Positions 44,362-53,998 of a DNA stretch of 64,000 nucleotides are shown here, one piece after another. Source of the stretch: a virus (lineage: Duplodnaviria; Caudoviricetes); IMG/VR virus record IMGVR_UViG_2974786931_000001, positions 32,001 to 96,000 of that record; one strand, 5' to 3'. Position 1 is the first letter of the stretch. The number at the start of each line of letters is the position of its first letter. Both the position numbers and the translations under genes were made by a program. The notes under the pieces were generated by a model, which made no database searches, was not told the origin of the DNA, and saw only the letters and a program-made list of their open reading frames with translations.

Positions 44362-44884
44362 TATTCAGTACCCATTGTTCTTTAGAAGCCCAATAATCGC
44401 CATTAAATTCTTGTAGAATAGGAATTTCAGGGATAATTATATCTTCTTTAATATAAAGCACTTTAATTATATCTATAACTCGACAAAAATTATAGTCGTA
44501 GTCGACAGCACGGTCCAAGAATTTTACAATGGTATCCATAATGGTATCTTCAAATTCACCAAGGATTTTTGGTAAGAAACTACTAAAACATTCTTCTATA
44601 GTATTGCCAAGAATTTCTAGACCAAATTGAGTCTTAACAAATTCTTTAGTGAGAAGTCCTTTTTCAGTATATTCAAATAGACGTTCTAAGAATATATCAA
44701 TATCAAATTCTTTATTGCCTAAGTCACTTTGTGCATGAGAATACCATTGCAAAATTATAATCCACTGAGCAGCTTCTTCTCGTGTGAAGCCATAATTATA
44801 AAGAGTTTTATAATGGTCGGCATCGTTTTCCCAAGTAGTTGTTTGAATAACATAGCCAGCTTTAATCTTTTGCCCAAAATCCAT
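44333..44884 (-). CDS. tRNA-region hypothetical protein
   Basis: TTWENDADHY motif; GAGG RBS. Confidence 0.75.
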   Translation of the reverse strand: MDFGQKIKAGYVIQTTTWENDADHYKTLYNYGFTREEAAQWIIILQWYSHAQSDLGNKEFDIDIFLERLFEYTEKGLLTKEFVKTQFGLEILGNTIEECFSSFLPKILGEFEDTIMDTIVKFLDRAVDYDYNFCRVIDIIKVLYIKEDIIIPEIPILQEFNGDYWASKEQWVLNNEPIIKDKA

Positions 44885-44894
44885 GACAATATCC

Positions 44895-45230
44895 TCAGAA
44901 AAAGTACGTAGGTTTTACTTCTGTTATAGGAAAATATCGAGACATGTAATAATCTATATCATCGCCATTAATTCGAACTAATTTATTTTCACAAAGGTCT
45001 TGCATTAAATTAAAACTAATACATGTTTGCTCTTTAGTAGGAGACCGCAAAGTATAATTTTCAAGTTTAAAATTAGCTATAGCTTTATATCCATGGCGAG
45101 CCCATGAAGCTACAATAATATTTTGGTTATCAAGGTGCCATTGAACTAATTTAGTTGAATCATTTTTGTACTGTTTAATAATCAATTTATATAGAACAAA
45201 TAATAATATCAAACCTAAAATATAGACCAT
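44895..45230 (-). CDS. Membrane-anchored hypothetical protein
   Basis: MVYILGLILLFVLY; AAGGA RBS. Confidence 0.7.
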   Translation of the reverse strand: MVYILGLILLFVLYKLIIKQYKNDSTKLVQWHLDNQNIIVASWARHGYKAIANFKLENYTLRSPTKEQTCISFNLMQDLCENKLVRINGDDIDYYMSRYFPITEVKPTYFF

Positions 45231-45248
45231 AATATTCCTTTCATAAAC

Positions 45249-45325
45249 TGGTGTCCCCAGCTGGAATCGAACCAGCAACCTACGGTTTAGAAGACCGTTG
45301 CTCTGTCCTGTTGAGCTATGAGGAC
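45249..45325 (-). tRNA. tRNA-Arg(UCU)
   Basis: Cloverleaf, loop CTTCTAA and encoded CCA. Confidence 0.95.
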
Positions 45326-45498
45326 TTAGAAATTGTATTCATTGTATAAGCTATACCTAAATCTATAACTATTACAATAGATATTAAAATTGTTTCGATA
45401 TGCGTAACTGCACCTACTGCATTAGCAATGATAAGACCTGTGCCGAGTGAAATACCTACAAAGCCAGCGATATCACGAATCAGTTCTGCAATTTTCAT
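45316..45498 (-). CDS. Small membrane protein (tRNA.4-like)
   Basis: Two TM segments; its stop lies inside the 5' end of tRNA-Arg. Confidence 0.65.
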   Translation of the reverse strand: MKIAELIRDIAGFVGISLGTGLIIANAVGAVTHIETILISIVIVIDLGIAYTMNTISKSS

Positions 45499-45525
45499 TT
45501 TAATCTCCTTTGTTTTGATAGGTCT

Positions 45526-45554
45526 ATAATATCATAACTAAAGGAGTTGTAAAC
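45526..45554 (-). promoter_or_regulatory. Early promoter
   Basis: GTTTAC-N17-TATTAT. Confidence 0.75.
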
Positions 45555-45561
45555 ACTTATT

Positions 45562-45638
45562 TGGTGACCCTTACTGGATTCGAACCAGTGACCTAACGAT
45601 TATGAGTCGCTCGCTCTACTCTTCTGAGCTAAAGGGCC
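45562..45638 (-). tRNA. tRNA with CAU anticodon, most likely Ile2 (lysidine) rather than Met
   Basis: GGCCCTT acceptor with C4-G69/C5-G68, anticodon arm GCGA-CTCATAA-TCGT, A73-CCA. Confidence 0.88.
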
Positions 45639-45681
45639 TTTGTTTATGGAGCCATCTCAATTAAGATAGCTCGGTAAACAA

Positions 45682-46068
45682 TTAGAAACCAAATGCAACA
45701 CCAGCAGATCCAACGTTTCCATCAGTGGTGGATGCAAACGAAGTTTTGAATGCTACACGATCTAATGGAGCAAATGTAATGCCAACTGCAACTGCACTTT
45801 CGTTTTCAAATGATCCAAAAGCGGCACCAACACTTAGTGTTTGACCAGCGACAGCTGGAATAGAGCTCATGGCTGCAACACCTGCAACACCTGCATTAGC
45901 TTGTTTTTGAACACTATTAATTTTTGCTTGGTTAACATTAAAACGCGATTCAATAAACTCTACTTGATCTGGGTCAGAAAAAGGTGGTGGTTTAATAGGT
46001 AGAGCGCCCATTGATACGGAAGCGAAACACAGTGCGACTACACCTACAATCATTTTGTTCATTTTCAT
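45682..46068 (-). CDS. Minimal trimeric autotransporter: signal peptide plus YadA-like membrane anchor
   Basis: ANAGVAGVAAMSSIP linker helix, four amphipathic beta strands, terminal AGVAFGF. Confidence 0.85.
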   Translation of the reverse strand: MKMNKMIVGVVALCFASVSMGALPIKPPPFSDPDQVEFIESRFNVNQAKINSVQKQANAGVAGVAAMSSIPAVAGQTLSVGAAFGSFENESAVAVGITFAPLDRVAFKTSFASTTDGNVGSAGVAFGF

Positions 46069-46103
46069 TTATTTGTTCTCTTGTCAATTGAGTAATTATT
46101 ATA

Positions 46104-46556
46104 TTACAGTTTAGTTTGAAGCATATTGCGTAAACGATACAGCTGATTGCAAAATTCACGCTCGGTTAAAACAGTTTCATTTATTTTACTACGTCCCATT
46201 GAATGTGTCAATGTAGCTTTTTGAGTAGCTAATAATGCATTTTGGAAAGATTTATTTTCACCTAGTGCATCATAGGCTTTAGTTAAAACATTTTGGTACA
46301 TCTCAGAAGAACGTTGCATAGGAACGCCTTTCCACCATAATGTTTGGTCTCTAAACCATTTCTTTTTCTTGCCTTTAAATTTAGCAGCTTTACCTACTAA
46401 TGTACAGACATGTTCTTGCATTTCTACACTACTAAATTTTAAGGATTGTAAAAATCCTTCCATTGATGCACAAAAGACTCCATCCATAACAAATGGGTGA
46501 GGAGAAAAATTGCTCAATGCACAACTAGGGTATGAATTACCTGAACCGATATCCAT
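46104..46556 (-). CDS. NADAR-family protein (T4 gp30.3-like)
   Basis: PSCALSNF.P.PFVMDG...SMEGFLQSLK...TLWWKG...LTHSMG...TVLTE.EF. Confidence 0.85.
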   Translation of the reverse strand: MDIGSGNSYPSCALSNFSPHPFVMDGVFCASMEGFLQSLKFSSVEMQEHVCTLVGKAAKFKGKKKKWFRDQTLWWKGVPMQRSSEMYQNVLTKAYDALGENKSFQNALLATQKATLTHSMGRSKINETVLTEREFCNQLYRLRNMLQTKL

Positions 46557-46750
46557 TATTTACCTGTCCAAAGAACTTGCATTACACCTTGAAGACCATT
46601 TGACCAATCTAAGTCAACTATGATAAACCAGGCTTTTACAATGATGTAGCCATATGCAGCTGACATCGTTAACATTATAATAATAACACTTATAATGATG
46701 GTCCAAACAATTGTGCTTAAAATATTGAAACGTTTTTTGTGCTGGTTCAT
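46556..46750 (-). CDS. Small membrane protein
   Basis: GAGGAG RBS before MNQHKK; one TM segment. Confidence 0.65.
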   Translation of the reverse strand: MNQHKKRFNILSTIVWTIIISVIIIMLTMSAAYGYIIVKAWFIIVDLDWSNGLQGVMQVLWTGK

Positions 46751-46778
46751 TATATACTCCTCACTTGTCAATGAAATG

Positions 46779-46808
46779 ATACTAACACAGACAAATGAGG
46801 ATGTAAAC
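46779..46808 (-). promoter_or_regulatory. Early promoter
   Basis: GTTTAC-N18-TAGTAT. Confidence 0.8.
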
Positions 46809-46817
46809 ACCTTTGAT

Positions 46818-47036
46818 TTAACCTTTTCTAGTACGTGCTTCGATGAAGCTCCAGCCATAATCTAATTCATCTTGTCGGAAACCATTAGAAGTACGGCCAT
46901 TCATATCGAACTGAAAACGTCCTGATTCACTATCAGAATAATTGTGCATTACTTTTTTAGTCCACTCTTCAACTTTTTTCTTGTTGAATTTGCGAGCCTG
47001 AGTAGATTCAGTGATAAATTCTTGGTAACTTTTCAT
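46818..47036 (-). CDS. Internal head protein (CTS)
   Basis: MKSYQEFITES. Confidence 0.78.
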   Translation of the reverse strand: MKSYQEFITESTQARKFNKKKVEEWTKKVMHNYSDSESGRFQFDMNGRTSNGFRQDELDYGWSFIEARTRKG

Positions 47037-47065
47037 TTATATTCTCTAACTTGTGATGATGTAAC

Positions 47066-47096
47066 TATAATACCACACCTTTGTGGTATTATACAC
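47066..47096 (-). promoter_or_regulatory. Early-type promoter embedded in a 12-bp inverted repeat
   Basis: GTGTAT-N18-TATTAT; TATAATACCACA-CCTT-TGTGGTATTATA. Confidence 0.6.
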
Positions 47097-47098
47097 AC

Positions 47099-48044
<946 letters not shown>

Positions 48045-48054
48045 AATTTTCTCT

Positions 48055-48291
48055 TTATTTTCCAAATTTTTCTTTTTTGATTTGAGTACCATAACGCATG
48101 GCATCATCGAATAAACCTAAAGCACCATTTTTATGGTCTTTAGCAGCTTTTTTAAATATAGGGTGTTTTTTAATTACACCTGCAAATGAACCTTGATTAC
48201 CGCCTGTTTGTAGATAGACCATTCCCAGTTCAGTTTGTTCATCTGTTAATTTCTTTTTTGCTTCAGATAAAAATTCTACATAAGTTTTCAT
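48055..48291 (-). CDS. Internal head protein (CTS) inserted between 1 and 57A
   Basis: MKTYVEFLSEA; ATGA coupling to gene 1. Confidence 0.75.
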   Translation of the reverse strand: MKTYVEFLSEAKKKLTDEQTELGMVYLQTGGNQGSFAGVIKKHPIFKKAAKDHKNGALGLFDDAMRYGTQIKKEKFGK

Positions 48292-48989
48292 ATAATCTCG
48301 TTTAATTTATTATATAAAGACTCTAAATCAGAATCATTCAGAATCATTATATCATTTTCTTTAACAAGCAATCCTGCTTCAGTGATATGCTTATCTTTAT
48401 TTTCGGTTTCACCAGGGCGAACAACATGGATTACTGTCGCTCCCATCGCTCTGAGATAATCGATTTCATGAACTTGACGGACATCAGGAATAATAAAAGC
48501 TTGTTTATTATCGCCGAAAGCTTCAATATGTTTTAATGCAAATAACTTCATCCAATACATACGATCGAATTCATTGACTACTAAATCTGTTCCAAGGGCC
48601 TGCATGAAACGTCTAATAGACATTGGTTCATTATTATTTATAACAAAATGTCTAACTGTTTCAGCATTATAATAAAGGTCTAGGAATTCAGTAGAAACAT
48701 AATCCAATGCACACATAAAAATATCAAATTGTGTTTCTAAATCTAATTCTAAATCGATTTCACGATCAATACCTTCACCAGCCCAATCAGCTTCACTTAA
48801 AATAGGATACATCAAACTATTTTTAATATAAAGATTATGACGTATACTAATATGATTATATGAATAAGCTAATGCTTCTTTAATAGGACCAGCTAATTGA
48901 TATTTCTCTGCATCATATTTCTCTGCTAGATAATCGGCTGAAGTATCTTTACCTGAACGTTTGATTCCGCTAATAACTAATAGTTTCAT
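48288..48989 (-). CDS. 1: dNMP kinase gp1
   Basis: SGIKRSGKDT, RRFMQALGTD and DVRQ.HE motifs. Confidence 0.96.
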   Translation of the reverse strand: MKLLVISGIKRSGKDTSADYLAEKYDAEKYQLAGPIKEALAYSYNHISIRHNLYIKNSLMYPILSEADWAGEGIDREIDLELDLETQFDIFMCALDYVSTEFLDLYYNAETVRHFVINNNEPMSIRRFMQALGTDLVVNEFDRMYWMKLFALKHIEAFGDNKQAFIIPDVRQVHEIDYLRAMGATVIHVVRPGETENKDKHITEAGLLVKENDIMILNDSDLESLYNKLNEII

Positions 48990-49564
48990 TGTTGTCTCAT
49001 AGAAGGATGCACACCTGGTGCTGAAGCCTTATTGGCATTTATAGATGGACGACCAGTTATTATTCGTCCATCCTTTTCAATTTCAAAATATTTATAATTT
49101 ATGGTTGCGTTACATACTACAATAGGGTCCCCATCTTGGCTGTAATCATATTCGATTTCAGATAAGGCTGAGCACCATCCTGATTTAAGGATGAATGTCA
49201 ATACTATATTTTTCTTTTCATTATCCAAAATGTGCAATAATACAGCTTCCGGCGTACCACCTGGACCCCAGGCAGTATTTTCAGAAGTCAAGTAGTTATT
49301 ATATGTCAACATCCATTGGTACATTTCTAACCAAGATTCTAAATTTTCATCAACAATGAATCTAATCATTACTGGGTCAAATTCTAATGTAGAACCTGGC
49401 AATTGGGCTCTTCCGAGCCCTTTTGGTGCACTAACTGTATCTGTTACTGGGATTCTTATTCCTGGCAAAGTAGCAGATTGTACGTTTAATTGAAATGATT
49501 TGGTTAAACCTGAATCAGGAATATCCAAAACAAAGTTAGTAATATTACTTTGGTTCTGTAACAT
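48986..49564 (-). CDS. 3: Tail tube terminator / completion protein gp3
   Basis: NQSNITNFVLDIPD..LTKSF.LNVQS. Confidence 0.93.
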   Translation of the reverse strand: MLQNQSNITNFVLDIPDSGLTKSFQLNVQSATLPGIRIPVTDTVSAPKGLGRAQLPGSTLEFDPVMIRFIVDENLESWLEMYQWMLTYNNYLTSENTAWGPGGTPEAVLLHILDNEKKNIVLTFILKSGWCSALSEIEYDYSQDGDPIVVCNATINYKYFEIEKDGRIITGRPSINANKASAPGVHPSMRQQ

Positions 49565-49573
49565 AATAAACCC

Positions 49574-50398
49574 TTATGATGACCAAACTTTTGATGCTGA
49601 ATAACGTTTGCCTTTTGACATAAATTGCTGCAACGGCATTAAAACCACATTGGCCCAGTCGTCAGGTTTTATTTCAACCATGGGACCTTTTATATTTCCT
49701 GGCAAATATGCTTTTATCATTTTATCAGCGCCGGCATAACCTTTAACATTAGACCAATTAATCTTTAGTTTAGTCTTATTTGTTATAGTCGATGTGTTAG
49801 CATATTGCTTTAACAAATCTTCTAATAATTGTTGCCGAGCCTTAGGTGGAATATAGTGCATATTAAGACCATACATTAATTGTGTAGAGCCTTGAGTTCC
49901 TAAACCTAGATATATAATTAACGGGTATTTATCCCAGAATGGTAATGTATCTTTATGTTTAGCATCATAAATATATGCATATACTTTACCTGGCGTAGGT
50001 TTACTAACTTTATGGCCACGTATTCCAGTCTTTAATGTCTCAGCAAACCATTTGGCAGATTTGTTGTTTGTTGCTGCGCCATCATTTCTAATTTTATCTC
50101 TAATAGATGATCTAAAACTATTCACCATCAAAAGCTTTTTATCTGCTTGAGACAATTTATTTTTAGGTTTATCTTGAAGAGTTTTAATCGTCTTAGCTAA
50201 TTTAATTTGGGTAGCATATCTTGATAAGCTTCTTGAAAAAGTAGATGGATTCAATCCTTTACTTTCAGCAAATGCTTTTGATGTTACGCCTTTCTTTTTA
50301 GCTTCTTGATATTCTAAGCCAAGTTGTATCCATTGACGTTCTTTACGCACAATAGGCGAAACTCTCTCGGCTTCATTTATTGTTTCAAATATAGCCAT
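49574..50398 (-). CDS. 2: DNA end protector gp2
   Basis: [27 protein letters not shown]. Confidence 0.95.
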   Translation of the reverse strand: MAIFETINEAERVSPIVRKERQWIQLGLEYQEAKKKGVTSKAFAESKGLNPSTFSRSLSRYATQIKLAKTIKTLQDKPKNKLSQADKKLLMVNSFRSSIRDKIRNDGAATNNKSAKWFAETLKTGIRGHKVSKPTPGKVYAYIYDAKHKDTLPFWDKYPLIIYLGLGTQGSTQLMYGLNMHYIPPKARQQLLEDLLKQYANTSTITNKTKLKINWSNVKGYAGADKMIKAYLPGNIKGPMVEIKPDDWANVVLMPLQQFMSKGKRYSASKVWSS

Positions 50399-50847
50399 TA
50401 GCCTTTCCATCCTAATTTTTTCAAAGAATTCTCTGTAAGTAATCTAAATTCTATATCATTTTTTTGCGCAAACGCCATAGTTGCTTTCCATTTGTCATGG
50501 TTTACACTCCATGTGTAAGCTTCGTTCATGTATCGTTTTTTAGCAGCAGTGGTCATTTGAGCAGGACGAATAGGAGCTCTTGTTTCTTTAGCAGGTTTAA
50601 CTTCAAATAAAAATTGTTTGCCACTGTTCCAAAGAACCCAGAAATCCATAAAATATCTACGTTTCTTTCCATCAGCATTACTGAAATATGGAATTACCAC
50701 TTCTTCTGAATTCCACTTCTTTACATCAGGGTGATTGTCTAGCCAACGCATTACAAATTGTTCCCATGAACTTCTGTAAGTAATCTTTTTCCAATCGCCT
50801 TTATATTTTTCTTTATTTACTGGAATGAATTTCCCCGAATAGGCCAT
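50398..50847 (-). CDS. 4: Head completion nuclease gp4
   Basis: MAYSGKF.P.N..KYKGD, YRSSWE and EVKP motifs. Confidence 0.96.
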   Translation of the reverse strand: MAYSGKFIPVNKEKYKGDWKKITYRSSWEQFVMRWLDNHPDVKKWNSEEVVIPYFSNADGKKRRYFMDFWVLWNSGKQFLFEVKPAKETRAPIRPAQMTTAAKKRYMNEAYTWSVNHDKWKATMAFAQKNDIEFRLLTENSLKKLGWKG

Positions 50848-50858
50848 AGCTGCCTCCT

Positions 50859-50882
50859 TAATAAATACTATTATTATTTATA
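50859..50882. promoter_or_regulatory. Divergent late promoters for genes 4 and 53
   Basis: AATAAATA on the plus strand (50860-50867) and TATAAATA on the minus strand (50882-50875). Confidence 0.8.
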
Positions 50883-50895
50883 CTTCGGAGGCTGT

Positions 50896-51474
50896 ATGCT
50901 TTTCTCGTTTTTTGACCCAGTTGCTTATACAGTAAAAACACTAGACCCTAATGCACCAGCTATTCCAATGGCTGATATATTTAAAAATTATGGAAAATAT
51001 TTTTCTACAGTAGCTAAAGGTTTTAAACTACAAACACACTATATTTCAGGTTATCCTCGTCCAGAAGAATTAGCATATCGTTTATATGGTAACGTCCAAT
51101 ATTATTGGCTCGTATTAATGATTAACAATATCTATGACCCTTATTACGGATGGATTACATCTCAGGATGCAGCTTATCAAGCAGCTGAGCAGAGATATAA
51201 AGATATTGGTGGAGACCAAGTTTTATACCATATAGATATCCTTGGTGAAAAGTATTATGATTTAGTAGAATATCCTATTGGACAACAAGTTTGGTATTCT
51301 AAAGGTGATAAGACACATACTTATCCACAATATAAAGGTGCTTTAGCTGCAGTAGATATTTACGAAGATGCTATTCTTAAAAATGAAGCTAAACGTGCTA
51401 TAAAAATACTTAATCCAAATGATTTAGATACATTTATTAATCAGTTAACTCATCTTATGGGACAAGGTCAATGA
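50896..51474 (+). CDS. 53: Baseplate wedge gp53
   Basis: MLFSFFDP, RPEELAYRLYGN. Confidence 0.95.
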   Translation: MLFSFFDPVAYTVKTLDPNAPAIPMADIFKNYGKYFSTVAKGFKLQTHYISGYPRPEELAYRLYGNVQYYWLVLMINNIYDPYYGWITSQDAAYQAAEQRYKDIGGDQVLYHIDILGEKYYDLVEYPIGQQVWYSKGDKTHTYPQYKGALAAVDIYEDAILKNEAKRAIKILNPNDLDTFINQLTHLMGQGQ

Positions 51475-53195
51475 TTAAAGTTAATGAACATATTCGCTAT
51501 TTTACGGGTATTGTTGAAGACAGAATGGACCCGATGAAATTGGGCCGTGTTCGTGTACGTGTTTTTGGCTATCATCCGTTCCAAAGAATTCAAGGTCCTA
51601 TTTCAGGATTATCTACAGAAGATTTACAATGGATGGATGTATTGCAACCATCTAATAGTGCAAGTATGTCTGGTATTGGTTATACTCCTACTGGTCCCGT
51701 TGAAGGTTCTAAAGTATACGGTCATTGGTTGGACAAATATAATACAACTGGATTAGTTTTAGGAACATTAGCTGGTATCAATACAGTTAAACCTAATAAA
51801 CTAGAAGGCTTTAGTGACCCAACTGGACAATATCCTAGACGATTAGGTTCTGACGTTAACCCGTTAACAGAAGGTGGCGCTGAAGGTTATGAATATCAAG
51901 CAAACACAGTGCAAGATTCTAACCTTGATACAGGCATAAATCCAGATGACCGTGATTTCTCTGATATTCCTGAAGACCCTAATCCTAATTATTCTATTAA
52001 CTTAATGATTAGACGAGATGAAGGTCTTGCATTAAAAATTTATTGGGATGTTCGTGGTTACACAGTTGGTATTGGACATTTCATTGGCGAATTTGCACGT
52101 GGTGATATGGCTGGTGCTAATAAAGCTTTAAGTAAACAAATTGGCCGTGAAGTTACTGGTAATCCAGGTAACATTTATATAGAAGAAGCCGATAAGTTAT
52201 TTGAACAAGACTTAGCTAAAGTTCAAAAAGATATTAAATCAAATAGTTCAACCGGGCCGGTTTATAATAAAGTAAACCGTTCAAGACAAATGGCTCTTGA
52301 AAATATGGCTTTCCAAATGGGTGTTGGCGGTTTAGCTAAATTTGGTAATATGCTTAATGCTATGTTTATTGGCGATTGGGAAACAGCTTATAAAGAAGCA
52401 AAAGATTCTACATGGGCCAACCAGACGCCAGGAAGAGCGTCTAGGGTCTCAATGATTATACGTGTAGGTAACTTAGAGTCGTATGGTATTCCGGTCCCTA
52501 CTACTCCCTTCGCTTCACGTATGATGATGCGTGCACAAACAAGAGAAGCTGATCCTTCTGACCCATGGACTCCTACTGATTCTCGTATTTTGTTTAAAGA
52601 ACCAGAAAGTTCGTATAAAGGCGAATATCCTTATGTCCACACATATGAATCTGAAAGCGGACACATACAAGAATTTGATGATACGCCAGGATATGAAAGA
52701 TATCGTATAGTTCATCCTAGTCGTTCTTATATGGAAATAGCTCCAGATGGACGAAGAACAACTAAAACTGTTGCAGATGAATATTCGATGGTCCAAGGAC
52801 ATCGAAATGAATATACTGGTGGTAAATTAGCAATAAACATCGGCGGTGATGAAACAACTTATAACATGTCTAATCGTCGTCAACAAATAGATGGTAATCA
52901 AGATGTTTATGTTCGTGGTAATGATACTTTGAATATAGATGGTGATGGAACTGTTTATGTTAAGGGTAATATTAAAATTATTGTTGAAGGCAATGCTGAA
53001 ATAACTGTTCAAGGTAATTGTGAAACAGAAGTTCAAGGTAATTATGATATGAAAGTTGGTGGGAATATGACGGTAACAGTAGCTGGGCAAATGGCTCAAT
53101 CTGTTACTGGTTCTTGGACACAAACTATGCAAAGTATGTCATCAATTGCTTCAGGACAATATACTATTGATGGTTCACGAATTGATATTGGATAA
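51471..53195 (+). CDS. 5: Baseplate hub / tail lysozyme gp5
   Basis: OB domain VEDRMDP..LGRVRVR, lysozyme domain and VxGN beta-helix repeats. Confidence 0.98.
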   Translation: MIKVNEHIRYFTGIVEDRMDPMKLGRVRVRVFGYHPFQRIQGPISGLSTEDLQWMDVLQPSNSASMSGIGYTPTGPVEGSKVYGHWLDKYNTTGLVLGTLAGINTVKPNKLEGFSDPTGQYPRRLGSDVNPLTEGGAEGYEYQANTVQDSNLDTGINPDDRDFSDIPEDPNPNYSINLMIRRDEGLALKIYWDVRGYTVGIGHFIGEFARGDMAGANKALSKQIGREVTGNPGNIYIEEADKLFEQDLAKVQKDIKSNSSTGPVYNKVNRSRQMALENMAFQMGVGGLAKFGNMLNAMFIGDWETAYKEAKDSTWANQTPGRASRVSMIIRVGNLESYGIPVPTTPFASRMMMRAQTREADPSDPWTPTDSRILFKEPESSYKGEYPYVHTYESESGHIQEFDDTPGYERYRIVHPSRSYMEIAPDGRRTTKTVADEYSMVQGHRNEYTGGKLAINIGGDETTYNMSNRRQQIDGNQDVYVRGNDTLNIDGDGTVYVKGNIKIIVEGNAEITVQGNCETEVQGNYDMKVGGNMTVTVAGQMAQSVTGSWTQTMQSMSSIASGQYTIDGSRIDIG

Positions 53196-53198
53196 CAT

Positions 53199-53702
53199 AT
53201 GGCTGATATATTTCCTATAAATACAACATTAAATACGCTCTCCGAAGGAGCGTATGTTTCACAACAATTTACTCCTATCCTTGATAGTAATGAAGAACTT
53301 GTATCTATTAGTATTATTGATTACCAACCAACGCCTGGAATAGAAGTAGTAGGTTCATTATACCAAGGTAATTATGAAAGCGTATTTGAATATGGTTCAG
53401 ATGCATTGAGTTATCGCCTCGGCGATGAATTCAAAACTGCTTCAACTTGGGAAGATCTTCCCACATCTTTAGATACTCAATTATACTTATGGCGTGCTCC
53501 ACAGGTCTTAGACAGGACGTTTACATATACAGTCCTAATGGAATATACAGTCACTACATCTAGTGGTTCAGGCGGCACAGGAAGGGCTACAGATGATGTT
53601 GTTACAGAGAAACAAATCACTAAAGTTTACTCTCAACGAATTGTTGGGAACTGGTCCAACTGGGCAAATAAATTACGCACTTATGTTTATGGGAGGGAAT
53701 AA
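53199..53702 (+). CDS. 5.1: gp5.1
   Basis: [19 protein letters not shown]; synteny. Confidence 0.85.
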   Translation: MADIFPINTTLNTLSEGAYVSQQFTPILDSNEELVSISIIDYQPTPGIEVVGSLYQGNYESVFEYGSDALSYRLGDEFKTASTWEDLPTSLDTQLYLWRAPQVLDRTFTYTVLMEYTVTTSSGSGGTGRATDDVVTEKQITKVYSQRIVGNWSNWANKLRTYVYGRE

Positions 53703-53995
53703 TGTCTGGACTTTCATTTAATAAAGCAATAACATCTGGACATGCAACTTATCCTCCTACTGATATAAATGCTTCTCAAAGTAAAGTATTCACAGGTGGG
53801 ATTGCTGTCTTAGTAGATGGTGACCAAATAACTCCTCACCAAAACATGGTAGAACCGCATGATATTCATGGCGGAACTGTTCAACCAAGAACAAATAAAG
53901 TATATGTGACAGGCAAAAAAGCTGTCCAAATGGCAGATCCTATTTCATGCGGCGATACGGTTTCGCAGTCATCATCAAAAGTATTCATAAGGTAA
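53702..53995 (+). CDS. 5.4: PAAR spike tip gp5.4
   Basis: GH..YPPT, H..G and MADPISCGD motifs. Confidence 0.93.
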   Translation: MSGLSFNKAITSGHATYPPTDINASQSKVFTGGIAVLVDGDQITPHQNMVEPHDIHGGTVQPRTNKVYVTGKKAVQMADPISCGDTVSQSSSKVFIR

Positions 53996-53998
53996 ATC

